41,810 nucleotides of DNA, taken from the NCBI GenBank assembly GCA_020354065.1, contig CP070640.1, forward strand, positions 482,013-523,822. Reading direction: 5' to 3'. Origin of the DNA: Candidatus Bathyarchaeota archaeon. Lineage in GTDB: Archaea > Thermoproteota > Bathyarchaeia > TCS64. This document shows positions 19,448 through 28,412 of this stretch, piece after piece. The position numbers and the translations under genes were made by a program. The notes below the pieces were generated by a model. That model was not told the DNA's origin. It worked only from the letters and a program-made list of their open reading frames with translations, and did not search any database. Position 1 is the stretch's first letter. Every line of letters starts with the position of its first letter.

Positions 19448-19675
19448 ATGGAACCATGGGAGGCGCTGGGGATAGTAATTCTCGCAGGGCCCTTAGCCCT
19501 CGGGCTGGGTGGATTATTCCTCACGATGATCAAGGATACTTTCCGCAGATCCCGACCACTCCTGCGGATCTCAGCCGGGAGAACTTATGGCGAAACCGAG
19601 AGGGAGGCTCATGGGGGTCCTGACAGAGAATCAGAGATCTTATCCTACATCAACGAACTGAAGAAACAACAATAA
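19448..19675 (+). CDS. Small single-TM protein
   Basis: MEPWEALGIVILAGPLALGLGGLFLTMI followed by a basic segment. GGGGG lies upstream; the ORF is open from 19424. Confidence 0.65.
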   Translation: MEPWEALGIVILAGPLALGLGGLFLTMIKDTFRRSRPLLRISAGRTYGETEREAHGGPDRESEILSYINELKKQQ

Positions 19676-19754
19676 TCCTCATCACATTTCTGGTTAGAGG
19701 TTCATATTGCTAGATTAACAGTTAAATCATCTCCCAGCTTTTATTGTGTAGAGA

Positions 19755-19994
19755 ATGCCAATCTGTGCACACTGTGAAAGAGAGGTCGAGAAGACCTACC
19801 CATGTCCCCTGTGCAAGGAAAGATATTGCCCCCAGCACATCAAGCCCGACGCACACAACTGCCCAATGCGCGGGGGAAGGAAGAGGAGGACCAAGCCGGC
19901 AAGAGTGAGAGAGCCTTCGAGCCCCATTGCACCGGAGCGTCTGGACGACGTGATGCAGTACATCAGGGAGTTGAAAAAGACCCGTCGAAGTTAA
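19755..19994 (+). CDS. AN1-type zinc-finger protein
   Basis: CAHC...YPCPLCKERYCPQH...HNC. Confidence 0.8.
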   Translation: MPICAHCEREVEKTYPCPLCKERYCPQHIKPDAHNCPMRGGRKRRTKPARVREPSSPIAPERLDDVMQYIRELKKTRRS

Positions 19995-20041
19995 GCGCAT
20001 GAAAACTAATTTTTCCATCAAAGACTAGGTCGAGCTGTGCC

Positions 20042-21103
20042 ATGATATACCGAGACAGAGACGCACCTGTCACCTATGATGGCCTGATATTCAGGACCTA
20101 CGGCTATGACCACCCACTTGATGCATGCTTCTGCGATCTAGAATATGCGCCCGAGACAGTGTACACAACGGTTGAGCCGAGGGCTGTGAGAGAGGGACTG
20201 CCTATCAAATACTTCAAGTTCTACTTCGACGGCGGCTTGAGATTTGCAATGAGTAGAACCTCCCCTTACAGTCTATATCATAAGTCCCTAGACCAAGTGA
20301 TGGTGGGCGTTAGCGACGGGCAGTTATCCCACGTGATGCGACCCGAAAAAAGGCTCGTTGAATTTATTGAATCCGAGAGCGACCCTCTTGTCAATGCCTG
20401 TATGGAGGTCTTGGACCTAGTCACCGAGAGTTCCACACTTAAGCTGAGAGACTTTGGCGTCTTCGGATCCATTGCTTTCGGTTTCCACAACCCGGTGTAT
20501 AGCGATATTGATCTCATCATCTACGGTAAGAGAGAGCTCCAAGAGCTGAGGGAGACCCTAGCCATACTTTACGAGAAGGGGTCCCTACGGAACGAGTTCG
20601 ACAACTGGTCTCTCCAAGGTTCCCCGGCCCACTGGAACTTCACTAGGTACACGAAGGAGGAGTACGGTCGCCTCCAATGTCGGAAGGGTGTTTATGCTAT
20701 CTACACTTCTGAAAGTCTAGGTCGAGAGGTCAAAATTGAGTTCGAACCCGTCAAGAGATGGGAGGAGATCACCAACGAGTACGAGACTACAGAGAGAATC
20801 CTGAGCTTGGGAAGGATTGAAGCCGTGGTAGAGATTCTTGACGAAGAGGAGGGAGGTTTCATGCCAGCCACCTGGCCGGTGAGGCTGAAGGAGGTGGAGG
20901 AAGGCGTCGGATGTGAGGAGGTTCAGAGGATCGTCTCCTATGTCGAGGAATTCCGACTCCAGGTCGAGACAGGCGAAACCGCCTTGATACGGGGGAACTT
21001 GGAAAGGATTGAGACCCCGGGTAGAGATTTTCACCAGATCACCCTGAGCTATGGCCAGGACTACTTCGACCAGGTCTTGAAACCGCTTGGTCAAGCGAGT
21101 TAA
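20042..21103 (+). CDS. Archaeal Pol-beta-superfamily nucleotidyltransferase (COG1665-like)
   Basis: RDRDA...DGLIF...GYDHP at the N-terminus, GVFGS...SDIDLIIYG, and an OB-like C-terminus. Confidence 0.8.
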   Translation: MIYRDRDAPVTYDGLIFRTYGYDHPLDACFCDLEYAPETVYTTVEPRAVREGLPIKYFKFYFDGGLRFAMSRTSPYSLYHKSLDQVMVGVSDGQLSHVMRPEKRLVEFIESESDPLVNACMEVLDLVTESSTLKLRDFGVFGSIAFGFHNPVYSDIDLIIYGKRELQELRETLAILYEKGSLRNEFDNWSLQGSPAHWNFTRYTKEEYGRLQCRKGVYAIYTSESLGREVKIEFEPVKRWEEITNEYETTERILSLGRIEAVVEILDEEEGGFMPATWPVRLKEVEEGVGCEEVQRIVSYVEEFRLQVETGETALIRGNLERIETPGRDFHQITLSYGQDYFDQVLKPLGQAS

Positions 21104-21144
21104 TTTTAAATCGAGCTTGGATAGAGTTTGGGGGAGGCTGCAGA

Positions 21145-21285
21145 TTGAGTCTTGAGAACAAGCTGAAGGAACTCGAAGAGGAATTCAGTCTGATAACGGA
21201 GAAACTGGAAAGCTTCGAGGAGCGCCTCGACGAGCTCAGGGAGAAGTTCAACGAGCTCGAAGAGAAGATCAGCAACATGGTCTAG
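21145..21285 (+). CDS. 46-aa acidic coiled-coil microprotein
   Basis: Not in the track. GGGGAGG then TTG: MSLENKLKELEEEFSLITEKLESFEERLDELREKFNELEEKISNMV*, a clean heptad pattern. Confidence 0.7.
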   Translation: MSLENKLKELEEEFSLITEKLESFEERLDELREKFNELEEKISNMV

Positions 21286-21356
21286 AACGCCTGCTTCCCG
21301 GCTTCAAGTGTGAAAACTTATTAAATATGAGCTAACCCTAGGCAGCCTGAGAGGGA

Positions 21357-22610
21357 ATGTCCTTCGGCGAGCACACCTCCAAGCAGATCATAGGAACGAA
21401 GGGTGACGCTCTACAAGGGAAGAAGATCGTCCTCTGCATCACTGGGAGCGTCGCCGCCATAAAGAGCCCAGAGATCGCTAGGGAACTGATGCGCCTAGGA
21501 GCAGAGGTCTTCACTGTGATGACCCACATGGCCCAGAAGATCATCCATCCCTACATGATGGAATGGTCCACGGGCAATCCTGTGGTAACCGAGCTCACGG
21601 GTCAGACCGAGCATGTCACCTTCGGAGGGGAACATCCTGACCGTGCAGATCTAGTTCTGGTGGCCCCCAGCACGGCGAACACCATTGGCAAGACAGCGGC
21701 GGCCATCGACGACACTCCCGTCACCACCCTCCTTACAACAGCAATAGGAGCGGACATCCCCATCATAATCGCCCCAGCCATGCACGCCTCCATGTACAAA
21801 CACCCCATAGTGATGGAGAACGTGGAAAAACTGAGGTCCATTGGAGTCGAGATCCTCATGCCCAGGCTCGAGGAGGAGAAAGCTAAGATCCCAGGGACAG
21901 ATGACATTGTAGCCGCTGTCGTCCGCAAGCTCTCAAAATCCCAGGATTTTCGAGGGCGAAGGGTCCTGATAACCGCCGGCCCGACCCGGGAGTACCTCGA
22001 CGGATTCAGATTCATTTCGAACCCGAGCTCCGGAAAGATGGGGGTAGCACTAGCCCGGGAGGCTCTGAATCGTGGAGCGGATGTCACACTAATCTACGGA
22101 CCTGGAGTAGCGCACCCCCCGACAGGGGCGAGGGTGATGCGCGTCGAGACCACGACTGAGATGTTGGACGCGGTGGTCGAAGCCCTGAATCGGGAATCCT
22201 ATGACATAGCCATCCTCTCAGCGGCAGCCTCCGATTATGGAGTGAAGGATAGGAAGATAATCAAGACGCCATCCATGATGAAGAACTGGAAGATCGAGTT
22301 GAAACCAGTGCCGAAGATCGTGGAACAGGTGAAGAAGCTCGCCCCGGAGATATTCCTGGTCGGTTTTAAGGCCGAGTATAACGTCTCCGACGAGCAACTA
22401 GTTGAGAAGGCAGCCATCCGTATGGACTCTGTCGGCATGGACCTGATAGTCGCAAACGATGTGGCGAGGAACAAGGTAGGGTTCAACGCCGACACAAACG
22501 AGGTATTCATCATTGACAAAGAGAGGACGGTTGAACACATACCCCTCACTGGGAAGGATGGGATCGCCGAACGCCTCCTGACCATCGTCAGAGAGAAGTC
22601 TGAAGATTAG
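21357..22610 (+). CDS. coaBC: Bifunctional phosphopantothenoylcysteine decarboxylase/synthetase
   Basis: TGSVAA, APSTANTIGK, PAMH, TAGPTREYLD...SNPSSGKMG, GFKAE and IVANDV. Confidence 0.96.
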   Translation: MSFGEHTSKQIIGTKGDALQGKKIVLCITGSVAAIKSPEIARELMRLGAEVFTVMTHMAQKIIHPYMMEWSTGNPVVTELTGQTEHVTFGGEHPDRADLVLVAPSTANTIGKTAAAIDDTPVTTLLTTAIGADIPIIIAPAMHASMYKHPIVMENVEKLRSIGVEILMPRLEEEKAKIPGTDDIVAAVVRKLSKSQDFRGRRVLITAGPTREYLDGFRFISNPSSGKMGVALAREALNRGADVTLIYGPGVAHPPTGARVMRVETTTEMLDAVVEALNRESYDIAILSAAASDYGVKDRKIIKTPSMMKNWKIELKPVPKIVEQVKKLAPEIFLVGFKAEYNVSDEQLVEKAAIRMDSVGMDLIVANDVARNKVGFNADTNEVFIIDKERTVEHIPLTGKDGIAERLLTIVREKSED

Positions 22611-22659
22611 GGTAATCGGTAAGAGTTAAAACGATCAACATCATTATAGGCTGATCTCT

Positions 22660-23249
22660 TTGAAGCCTGATAGACTATCTAGAGAGAGGAGGAACTGAGG
22701 GAGCTGAAGAAAGAAAAGAGGATAACCATCCCCCTGGATGACGATTTGGACAGATACTTAACATTCCTTGAACAGATCAAGGTTGTCAGGCACAGGGAGG
22801 ATGCTGCGCTCGCGGCGTTGAACATATACAAGAAGCTCAACATGCACGACTGGCTCCCCTATGTCTACAGATCAGGCACAGAACGGGTGTTGATCATGGG
22901 TCAGGGTATGCTCCACGACATCTTCACCTCGATGAGTGAGCTGAAACTCTACGACATTGCGAGGATCAGCGCTCTTAAGAGGAAGATCCTCGATCCTTTT
23001 GACCCCGACCTCGACCTCTCTGAGGTCGACAACTGGGACGTGATCCTCGCCGAACTTGAGAACATGGGGTGGGGTAAGTTTACAAGGGATCGGGAGGAGG
23101 TCATGATCGAGTATCTGGGCGTCCCGATAGTCTTCCTGAGGGGCTACCTTGAGACCCTGTTCAAGGTCGAATTCAGCGTCCATCAAACCCGGTCGGGAGA
23201 GGTCTACGTTCTGAGCAAGGAGAAAGATACCACCGAGGTCTGGCGGTAG
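22660..23249 (+). pseudogene. RHH-like plus V4R-like regulator, frameshifted in an (AG)4 run near its start
   Basis: TTG 22660 gives MKPDRLSRE. Removing one AG at 22681-22688 joins EELRELKKEKRITIPLDDDLDRYLTFL to the 22746-23249 ORF, which contains GWGKF and FLRGYLE. Confidence 0.6.
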
Positions 23250-23250
23250 A

Positions 23251-23697
23251 TCAAAGTCCTGTACAGGGGCACCTCTTGTACGGACCGATGACTACGGTGA
23301 CCTCGGTCCCAGTTATGCCCTCTATGCTGAGCTCCGATTCGAGGAACTCGTTGAGCTCCTCCATGTCCTTGAATATAACCTCGACGAAGAGATCCACGTT
23401 ACCTGTGGTCCTGTACAACACCTGAATGTCCGGATTCCCCTCAAGATGCTCCACGATATCTCTCAGTTTCTGAGGGTTGATTCGCAGCCCTATGAAGGCT
23501 TTGATAATTCGACCCAGCTTGTGGTAATCGAGAAGAAGATTGAACTGCTTTATTATCCCCTCCTCGACCATCTTGTTTATCCGTTTTCTAACGGTGGCGT
23601 CGCTCACGCTGAGTTCTTTGGCGATTGTTTTGTATGGTTTTCGAGCGTTCCCGCTCAATGAACGGATTATCTTCAGATCTAGTCTGTCAATAGACAT
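23251..23697 (-). CDS. Lrp/AsnC family transcriptional regulator
   Basis: IDRLDLKII...NARKPYKTIAKELSVSDATVRKRI HTH, followed by a RAM domain with TTGNVDL. Confidence 0.95.
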   Translation of the reverse strand: MSIDRLDLKIIRSLSGNARKPYKTIAKELSVSDATVRKRINKMVEEGIIKQFNLLLDYHKLGRIIKAFIGLRINPQKLRDIVEHLEGNPDIQVLYRTTGNVDLFVEVIFKDMEELNEFLESELSIEGITGTEVTVVIGPYKRCPCTGL

Positions 23698-23859
23698 TTC
23701 TTCTTCTCCTTTGACTCACAATCGAAAGTTCTAATGTTTTTGTATTGACATTTCCATGCAATTTTTTTCGATTCTCCTTTTATTATAATAATAGTATGTA
23801 TTGTAATTAAGTCTCTCGTTTTTTATTATTTCATAACGTTCTTCGTCATGCAATGTGTA

Positions 23860-23891
23860 GAAAAACGAATCAAATTGTACGAAAAACGAAT
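23860..23891. promoter_or_regulatory. Direct repeat GAAAAACGAAT x2 (21-bp period) in the Lrp/mer divergent region
   Basis: Exact copies at 23860-23870 and 23881-23891. Confidence 0.45.
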
Positions 23892-23949
23892 TTTTAATTG
23901 ACCCATATTTTGAAAGCATAGTAAACCTTACAACATATAGGTGTACGAT

Positions 23950-24234
23950 ATGGAGTACAGAGAGTTGGTAAAAACAATCCCTCGAACCATGCGAGAAGTC
24001 CTCTCCAACAAGCTCATGGATGTCCTGCTGGAGGCCAAAGCTGGGGACGCCGTCCCGAGCTCCGTCGCTAAGACACTCTTGTACTACTGGCAGAGGGATC
24101 AGCTCGCAAGCGAGGCGGGGCTTACCGCTCTTCTCAGGGCCGTGGTAGAGGCTGATCCGGTCAGGTCCGCCGCCGTCATTGGAGACTTCGGCCTTGAAGA
24201 GATCAAGCTCGCCATCAGCCTGAAAGAAGAGTGA
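23950..24234 (+). CDS. All-alpha hypothetical protein upstream of mer
   Basis: Coding-like ORF with ATG at 23950 (GTG 23941 is an alternative start). Confidence 0.8.
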   Translation: MEYRELVKTIPRTMREVLSNKLMDVLLEAKAGDAVPSSVAKTLLYYWQRDQLASEAGLTALLRAVVEADPVRSAAVIGDFGLEEIKLAISLKEE

Positions 24235-24287
24235 GAGTTCGCCCCAAAGGCTTACCACTCCCCAGCACTTAGAGATGAGTGGTTGCG

Positions 24288-25292
24288 ATGAAGAGTTTCG
24301 GCATAGAGTTCGTCCCAATGGAGCTTTTCTGGAGGACCACCTACTACACAATCCAGGCGGAGCATCTGGGGTACGACAGCATATGGATAACAGACCACTT
24401 CAACAACAGGAACGTTTACGTGAGCCTTTCTGTAATTGCTAACTACACAGAACGTATCAAGCTTGGGCCTGGAGTCACGAATCCATACCTTGTCCACCCC
24501 GTGATGACGGCCCAGAGCGTGGCATCCCTCAACGAGGTCGCCTCTGGAAGGGTAATCTGCGGCATCGGGGCGGGGGACAGGACTACCTTGGAGATGGTGG
24601 GCGTCGAGATGAAGGCCCCTCTACGCACCGTCAGAGAGGCTGTGGAGATCATCAGGCGTCAGATAGTCAGGGAGAAGGGGAGCTACGAGGGCAGATTGTT
24701 CAAGACATCCGCCGGAGCCAGGTTCAACTTCAAGGTGAACGATGGCATCCCCATCTACATCGGCGCCCAGGGACCGAAGATGCTCCAGCTAGCTGGGGCA
24801 ATCGGTGACGGGGCCCTCATCAACGCCTCACATCCCGACGACATTGAAAGGGCTGTTACATACATAAGAAAAGGAGCCGAGAAGGCTGGAAGGGATCCCA
24901 AAGAGATTGACATCGCCGCCTACACCTCGTTCTCAGTGGCCGAGAACGAGAAAAGCGCTAGGAAGCCTGTCACCCCCGTGGTCGCTTACATCGTCGCTGG
25001 GAGCCCTCCTTTCATCCTTGAGAAACACGATATCAAAGTCGAGAAAGCCGAGAAGATCAGGAGCGACCTCGCCAACCGGAAATGGGGCGAGGCCTTCGGC
25101 GCCGTCAACGACCACATGATCGACACCTTCGCGGTCTGCGGCTCCCCAGACCAGTGCACGGAGAAGATAGATAACCTGTTCAAGACGGGGATCACCCACT
25201 TCGTCACTGGTTCCCCTCTCGGTCCTAACATAAGGGCTTCCATAAACCTCTTCGGGCTCGAGGTTCTCCCCAACTTCAAAGAACAACCATAA
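24288..25292 (+). CDS. mer: F420-dependent methylene-H4MPT reductase
   Basis: FGIEFVP, WITDHFNNR, GPGVTNPY, GIGAGD, GAQGPKML, LINAS and GSPLGP. Confidence 0.92.
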   Translation: MKSFGIEFVPMELFWRTTYYTIQAEHLGYDSIWITDHFNNRNVYVSLSVIANYTERIKLGPGVTNPYLVHPVMTAQSVASLNEVASGRVICGIGAGDRTTLEMVGVEMKAPLRTVREAVEIIRRQIVREKGSYEGRLFKTSAGARFNFKVNDGIPIYIGAQGPKMLQLAGAIGDGALINASHPDDIERAVTYIRKGAEKAGRDPKEIDIAAYTSFSVAENEKSARKPVTPVVAYIVAGSPPFILEKHDIKVEKAEKIRSDLANRKWGEAFGAVNDHMIDTFAVCGSPDQCTEKIDNLFKTGITHFVTGSPLGPNIRASINLFGLEVLPNFKEQP

Positions 25293-25454
25293 AGCCGCCC
25301 CCCCTCTTTTTATTACCATTTAGTATTCTCAGAGGACTAGTACAACTCTTGAAAACTGCATAAGCATTACAAATATCAGCTGCTTGTCGTAATTTAATTG
25401 AAGCCCACCTTCCAAATGTGGAAAGATCACCTTGTTAATTATCGCTTCAAACTC

Positions 25455-26462
25455 CTAGAATGTTCTCTGTGTGAAGTATTCGACCAGTTCCAAGAGATCG
25501 TTTTTGGCCACCGAGTCTGGGAAAATTTCAAGCATCTCCTTGGCTCTCCCGGCACAGTTCTCCGCTCTTTCCTTTGCGTAATTGATCGCACCCGAATCAA
25601 CCAGGGCCTTGGTGGCTGCTTTTATCTCGGAAGGCGTGGCATCTTCTACATCCAGGACTTTCAAGATGGCGTCCCTGCCCTCAGAGGTAGCATTCTCCAG
25701 AGCGTGGATAACGATTAGAGTCTTCTTTCCTTCCCTGAGATCGCTGCCGACAGGCTTTCCCAGAGTTTTTTCGTCTGCGGTCGCTCCTAAGATATCGTCA
25801 ACTATTTGGAATGCGATGCCTGCGTTCCAGGCGAAGGAGCCCACTCTTTCTACCTGCTCAGAGTCGCCCCCGCCTATGATGGCCCCTACCTCGGCGCAGG
25901 CTTTGAATAAAGCGGAGGTCTTTCCACCAACCATGAAGACGTAATCCTCTTCAGAGACATCCACCGTCCTCGGATAGGTGACATCCAAAACCTGGCCCTC
26001 GCAGATAGCCATCGTCGCATAATTGACACGCTCGATGCAGGCCAGAACATTGTCGCAAGTCAAGTTTCCTTCGATCGAGGCTCTGACTATCGCCTCATAG
26101 ACCTTGGCGAAGAGGAGATCACCGCTAGCTATGGCTACTGGAACACCCCACTTGGCGTGGACCGTTGGGGCCCCCCTCCTGAGGGCGTCGTTGTCCATGA
26201 TGTCGTCATGGACGAGCGTGAAGTTGTGTAAGATCTCCATCGCAGCCGCGAAGGGCAGTGCTACATCCGGGTCTCCGCCGACAAGCTCGCACGACTTCAG
26301 AACTAGGTATGGCCTCAGGCGCTTGCCTCCCGCCTGGAATATGTGCCTCGATGCTTCGTAGAGGGCTTCGGGCTTCCTCGGTTTTAGCAGCTCGTAGATA
26401 TACTGGTCAACCTGAGAAGCGCTCTCGCTCAGCTTGCGGTTGATAGCTTCGTTGAGTGCCAT
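25455..26462 (-). CDS. idsA: Geranylgeranyl diphosphate synthase
   Basis: GGKRLRP, FARM NFTLVHDDIMD...RRG (Phe five residues before the motif indicates short-chain product), and SARM FQIVDDIL. Confidence 0.93.
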   Translation of the reverse strand: MALNEAINRKLSESASQVDQYIYELLKPRKPEALYEASRHIFQAGGKRLRPYLVLKSCELVGGDPDVALPFAAAMEILHNFTLVHDDIMDNDALRRGAPTVHAKWGVPVAIASGDLLFAKVYEAIVRASIEGNLTCDNVLACIERVNYATMAICEGQVLDVTYPRTVDVSEEDYVFMVGGKTSALFKACAEVGAIIGGGDSEQVERVGSFAWNAGIAFQIVDDILGATADEKTLGKPVGSDLREGKKTLIVIHALENATSEGRDAILKVLDVEDATPSEIKAATKALVDSGAINYAKERAENCAGRAKEMLEIFPDSVAKNDLLELVEYFTQRTF

Positions 26463-26531
26463 ATTCACCCTCCCGACACAGGTTAGACCACATTGAATCA
26501 GATAAGAGTTGTCTACTACTCAGTTTGAATC

Positions 26532-27635
26532 CTAGATCTTCCTCATGGCATACTCCTTGGGCTCGAATCCCCTCAGCCTGAGCCACTCGGCCGTCCTGCC
26601 CAGGATGATGGCGCGAGCTCTCTTGAGCTCCTCTATGTCTCTCGCCCCGACGAGGAACATCACCGTCCTAAACTCGAGGAGGATGTTCTCAATGTGCTCC
26701 CTCAGAGCGTCACGCCCTTGAACTGCTTTCTCAAGGAAGGGCCCAGCAATGCCTACCGCATCAGCTCCCAGGGCGATGGCTTTCGCCATCTCAACCCCCG
26801 TGCGCATCCCACCGGAAGCGATGATCTTCAGATCCGTGGATGCGCTGGTCTCCATGACGCTGATCGCCGTAGGGATCCCCCAGTTCCATAGGGCTTCGCC
26901 TATGGCCTCCTGATCCCTCTTTCCCTCAACCCTGGCAACGTGGTGCTCCACAGCGGCCCAGCTTGTGCCTCCGACCCCGCTAACCTCCAAGCCTTCGACT
27001 CCCGCCGCCTCCAGGTTCATGGCATCCTCCCTTGCAATACCGCAACCTGTCTCTTTCATGACGATGGGCACTTCGAGTTCACGAACGAGTTTCTCCACCT
27101 TTCCCAGGACGCCTCTATAACGGGCTTCCCCTCCGACCTGAACTGCCTCCTGGAGGGGATTCATGTGTATCGCTAGTGCGTCTGCTTGGATCATGTCTAT
27201 GCAGCGTCGGGCCTCCTCTACTCCCCATCCCATGGATAGCTGTGGGCAGCCGATGTTCCCCATGACAAGAGAGGAAGGTGCGTTTTCCCGGACGATGCTG
27301 AAGGTGTGCTCGACAGATGGTTCTTCCAGGGCGATCCTCTGGCTGCCCACACCGATGCCGAGGCCATGCTCCTCCACGACCGAGGCAAGGGTCGAGTTCA
27401 CCCCCTTGGCGAATTCGGTCCCCCCAGTAATGGCAGAGACAATCAGCGGCGATACGAGTCTCTTCCCGAACAACTCAATCTCCATGGAGACCTCCTCCAG
27501 GTCTATCTCAGGGAGTGCCCGGTGGATCAGGCGGACGTCCTCGAAACCTGTACCTATATCTGCCTGTACGTTCTCCTCCAGAGAGAGCCTTAGATGCCTC
27601 TCCTTTCTCCTCTCTATACCGGTCACCGAACTCAC
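26532..27635 (-). CDS. fni: Type 2 isopentenyl-diphosphate isomerase
   Basis: RKERH, AITGG, GVGSQR, HMNPLQE, KETGCG, GGTSW and SGGMR. Confidence 0.96.
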   Translation of the reverse strand: MSSVTGIERRKERHLRLSLEENVQADIGTGFEDVRLIHRALPEIDLEEVSMEIELFGKRLVSPLIVSAITGGTEFAKGVNSTLASVVEEHGLGIGVGSQRIALEEPSVEHTFSIVRENAPSSLVMGNIGCPQLSMGWGVEEARRCIDMIQADALAIHMNPLQEAVQVGGEARYRGVLGKVEKLVRELEVPIVMKETGCGIAREDAMNLEAAGVEGLEVSGVGGTSWAAVEHHVARVEGKRDQEAIGEALWNWGIPTAISVMETSASTDLKIIASGGMRTGVEMAKAIALGADAVGIAGPFLEKAVQGRDALREHIENILLEFRTVMFLVGARDIEELKRARAIILGRTAEWLRLRGFEPKEYAMRKI

Positions 27636-28411
27636 CTCGCCAGAATGGTCCCTGCTACGGGTTCCCCTATCAATGCTTTAAGGATCACGCCCGGCTTGGT
27701 GGCGTTCACGATCTGGACCTCCACCCCCGCCTCCACCGCAGCCTTTGCCTCGGAGACCTTCCCCAACATACCTCCTGTCACATCTGAGGTGAGGGCGCTC
27801 CCGATCTTCACGAAGCCCTTAAGCTTCTCTAGGGACAAGTGCTGGATCAGCTTGGCCTGGGGGACGAGCTTGGGATTGGAAGTGTGGACACCGTCCACGT
27901 CGACGCCGAAGATCAGCTTGGACGCCCCCAATGATGTTGCAAGGTGGACCGCCAGCTGGTCCCCGGACAGGATGCTGAAGCCTTTGGTTCTGTCTAGAAC
28001 CGCATCCCCATAGAGTATGGGGAGGAAGCCTCTTACGACGAGGCGTCCGACTATCTCGAAGTCCGCTTTTGAAATTCGCCCGTCATCAGTGGTAATGAAT
28101 GAGCTTGGGCTCACGGAGAGGGCTGGGGCACCCTTGTCGTGGAGGGTGTCGACGATGATGGTGTTGAGAGCCACCATCGCCTGGTGGGTTCTAGAGAATC
28201 CGATGACCTGGCGCTCGGATGTGAAACCGTCCGCTAAGCCGAATTTCTCCGCCACAGGGTGACCAAAGGAGCCTCCACCATGAACGATGACGATGGGGCT
28301 GGGCCAGGCGGCCTTGATCTCCTCGGCGAGTTGCTCGATGTTCTCGTGGTGGGCGGTCATCGGCTGATCCTTGACCGTGACGACGGAGCCGCCGAGCTTG
28401 ACAACAAGCAA
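27632..28411 (-). CDS. ipk: Isopentenyl phosphate kinase
   Basis: KLGGSVVT, HGGGSFGH, SGD and DVTGGM. Start TTG 28411 has GGAGGA upstream. Confidence 0.94.
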   Translation of the reverse strand: MLVVKLGGSVVTVKDQPMTAHHENIEQLAEEIKAAWPSPIVIVHGGGSFGHPVAEKFGLADGFTSERQVIGFSRTHQAMVALNTIIVDTLHDKGAPALSVSPSSFITTDDGRISKADFEIVGRLVVRGFLPILYGDAVLDRTKGFSILSGDQLAVHLATSLGASKLIFGVDVDGVHTSNPKLVPQAKLIQHLSLEKLKGFVKIGSALTSDVTGGMLGKVSEAKAAVEAGVEVQIVNATKPGVILKALIGEPVAGTILAR

Positions 28412-28412
28412 C

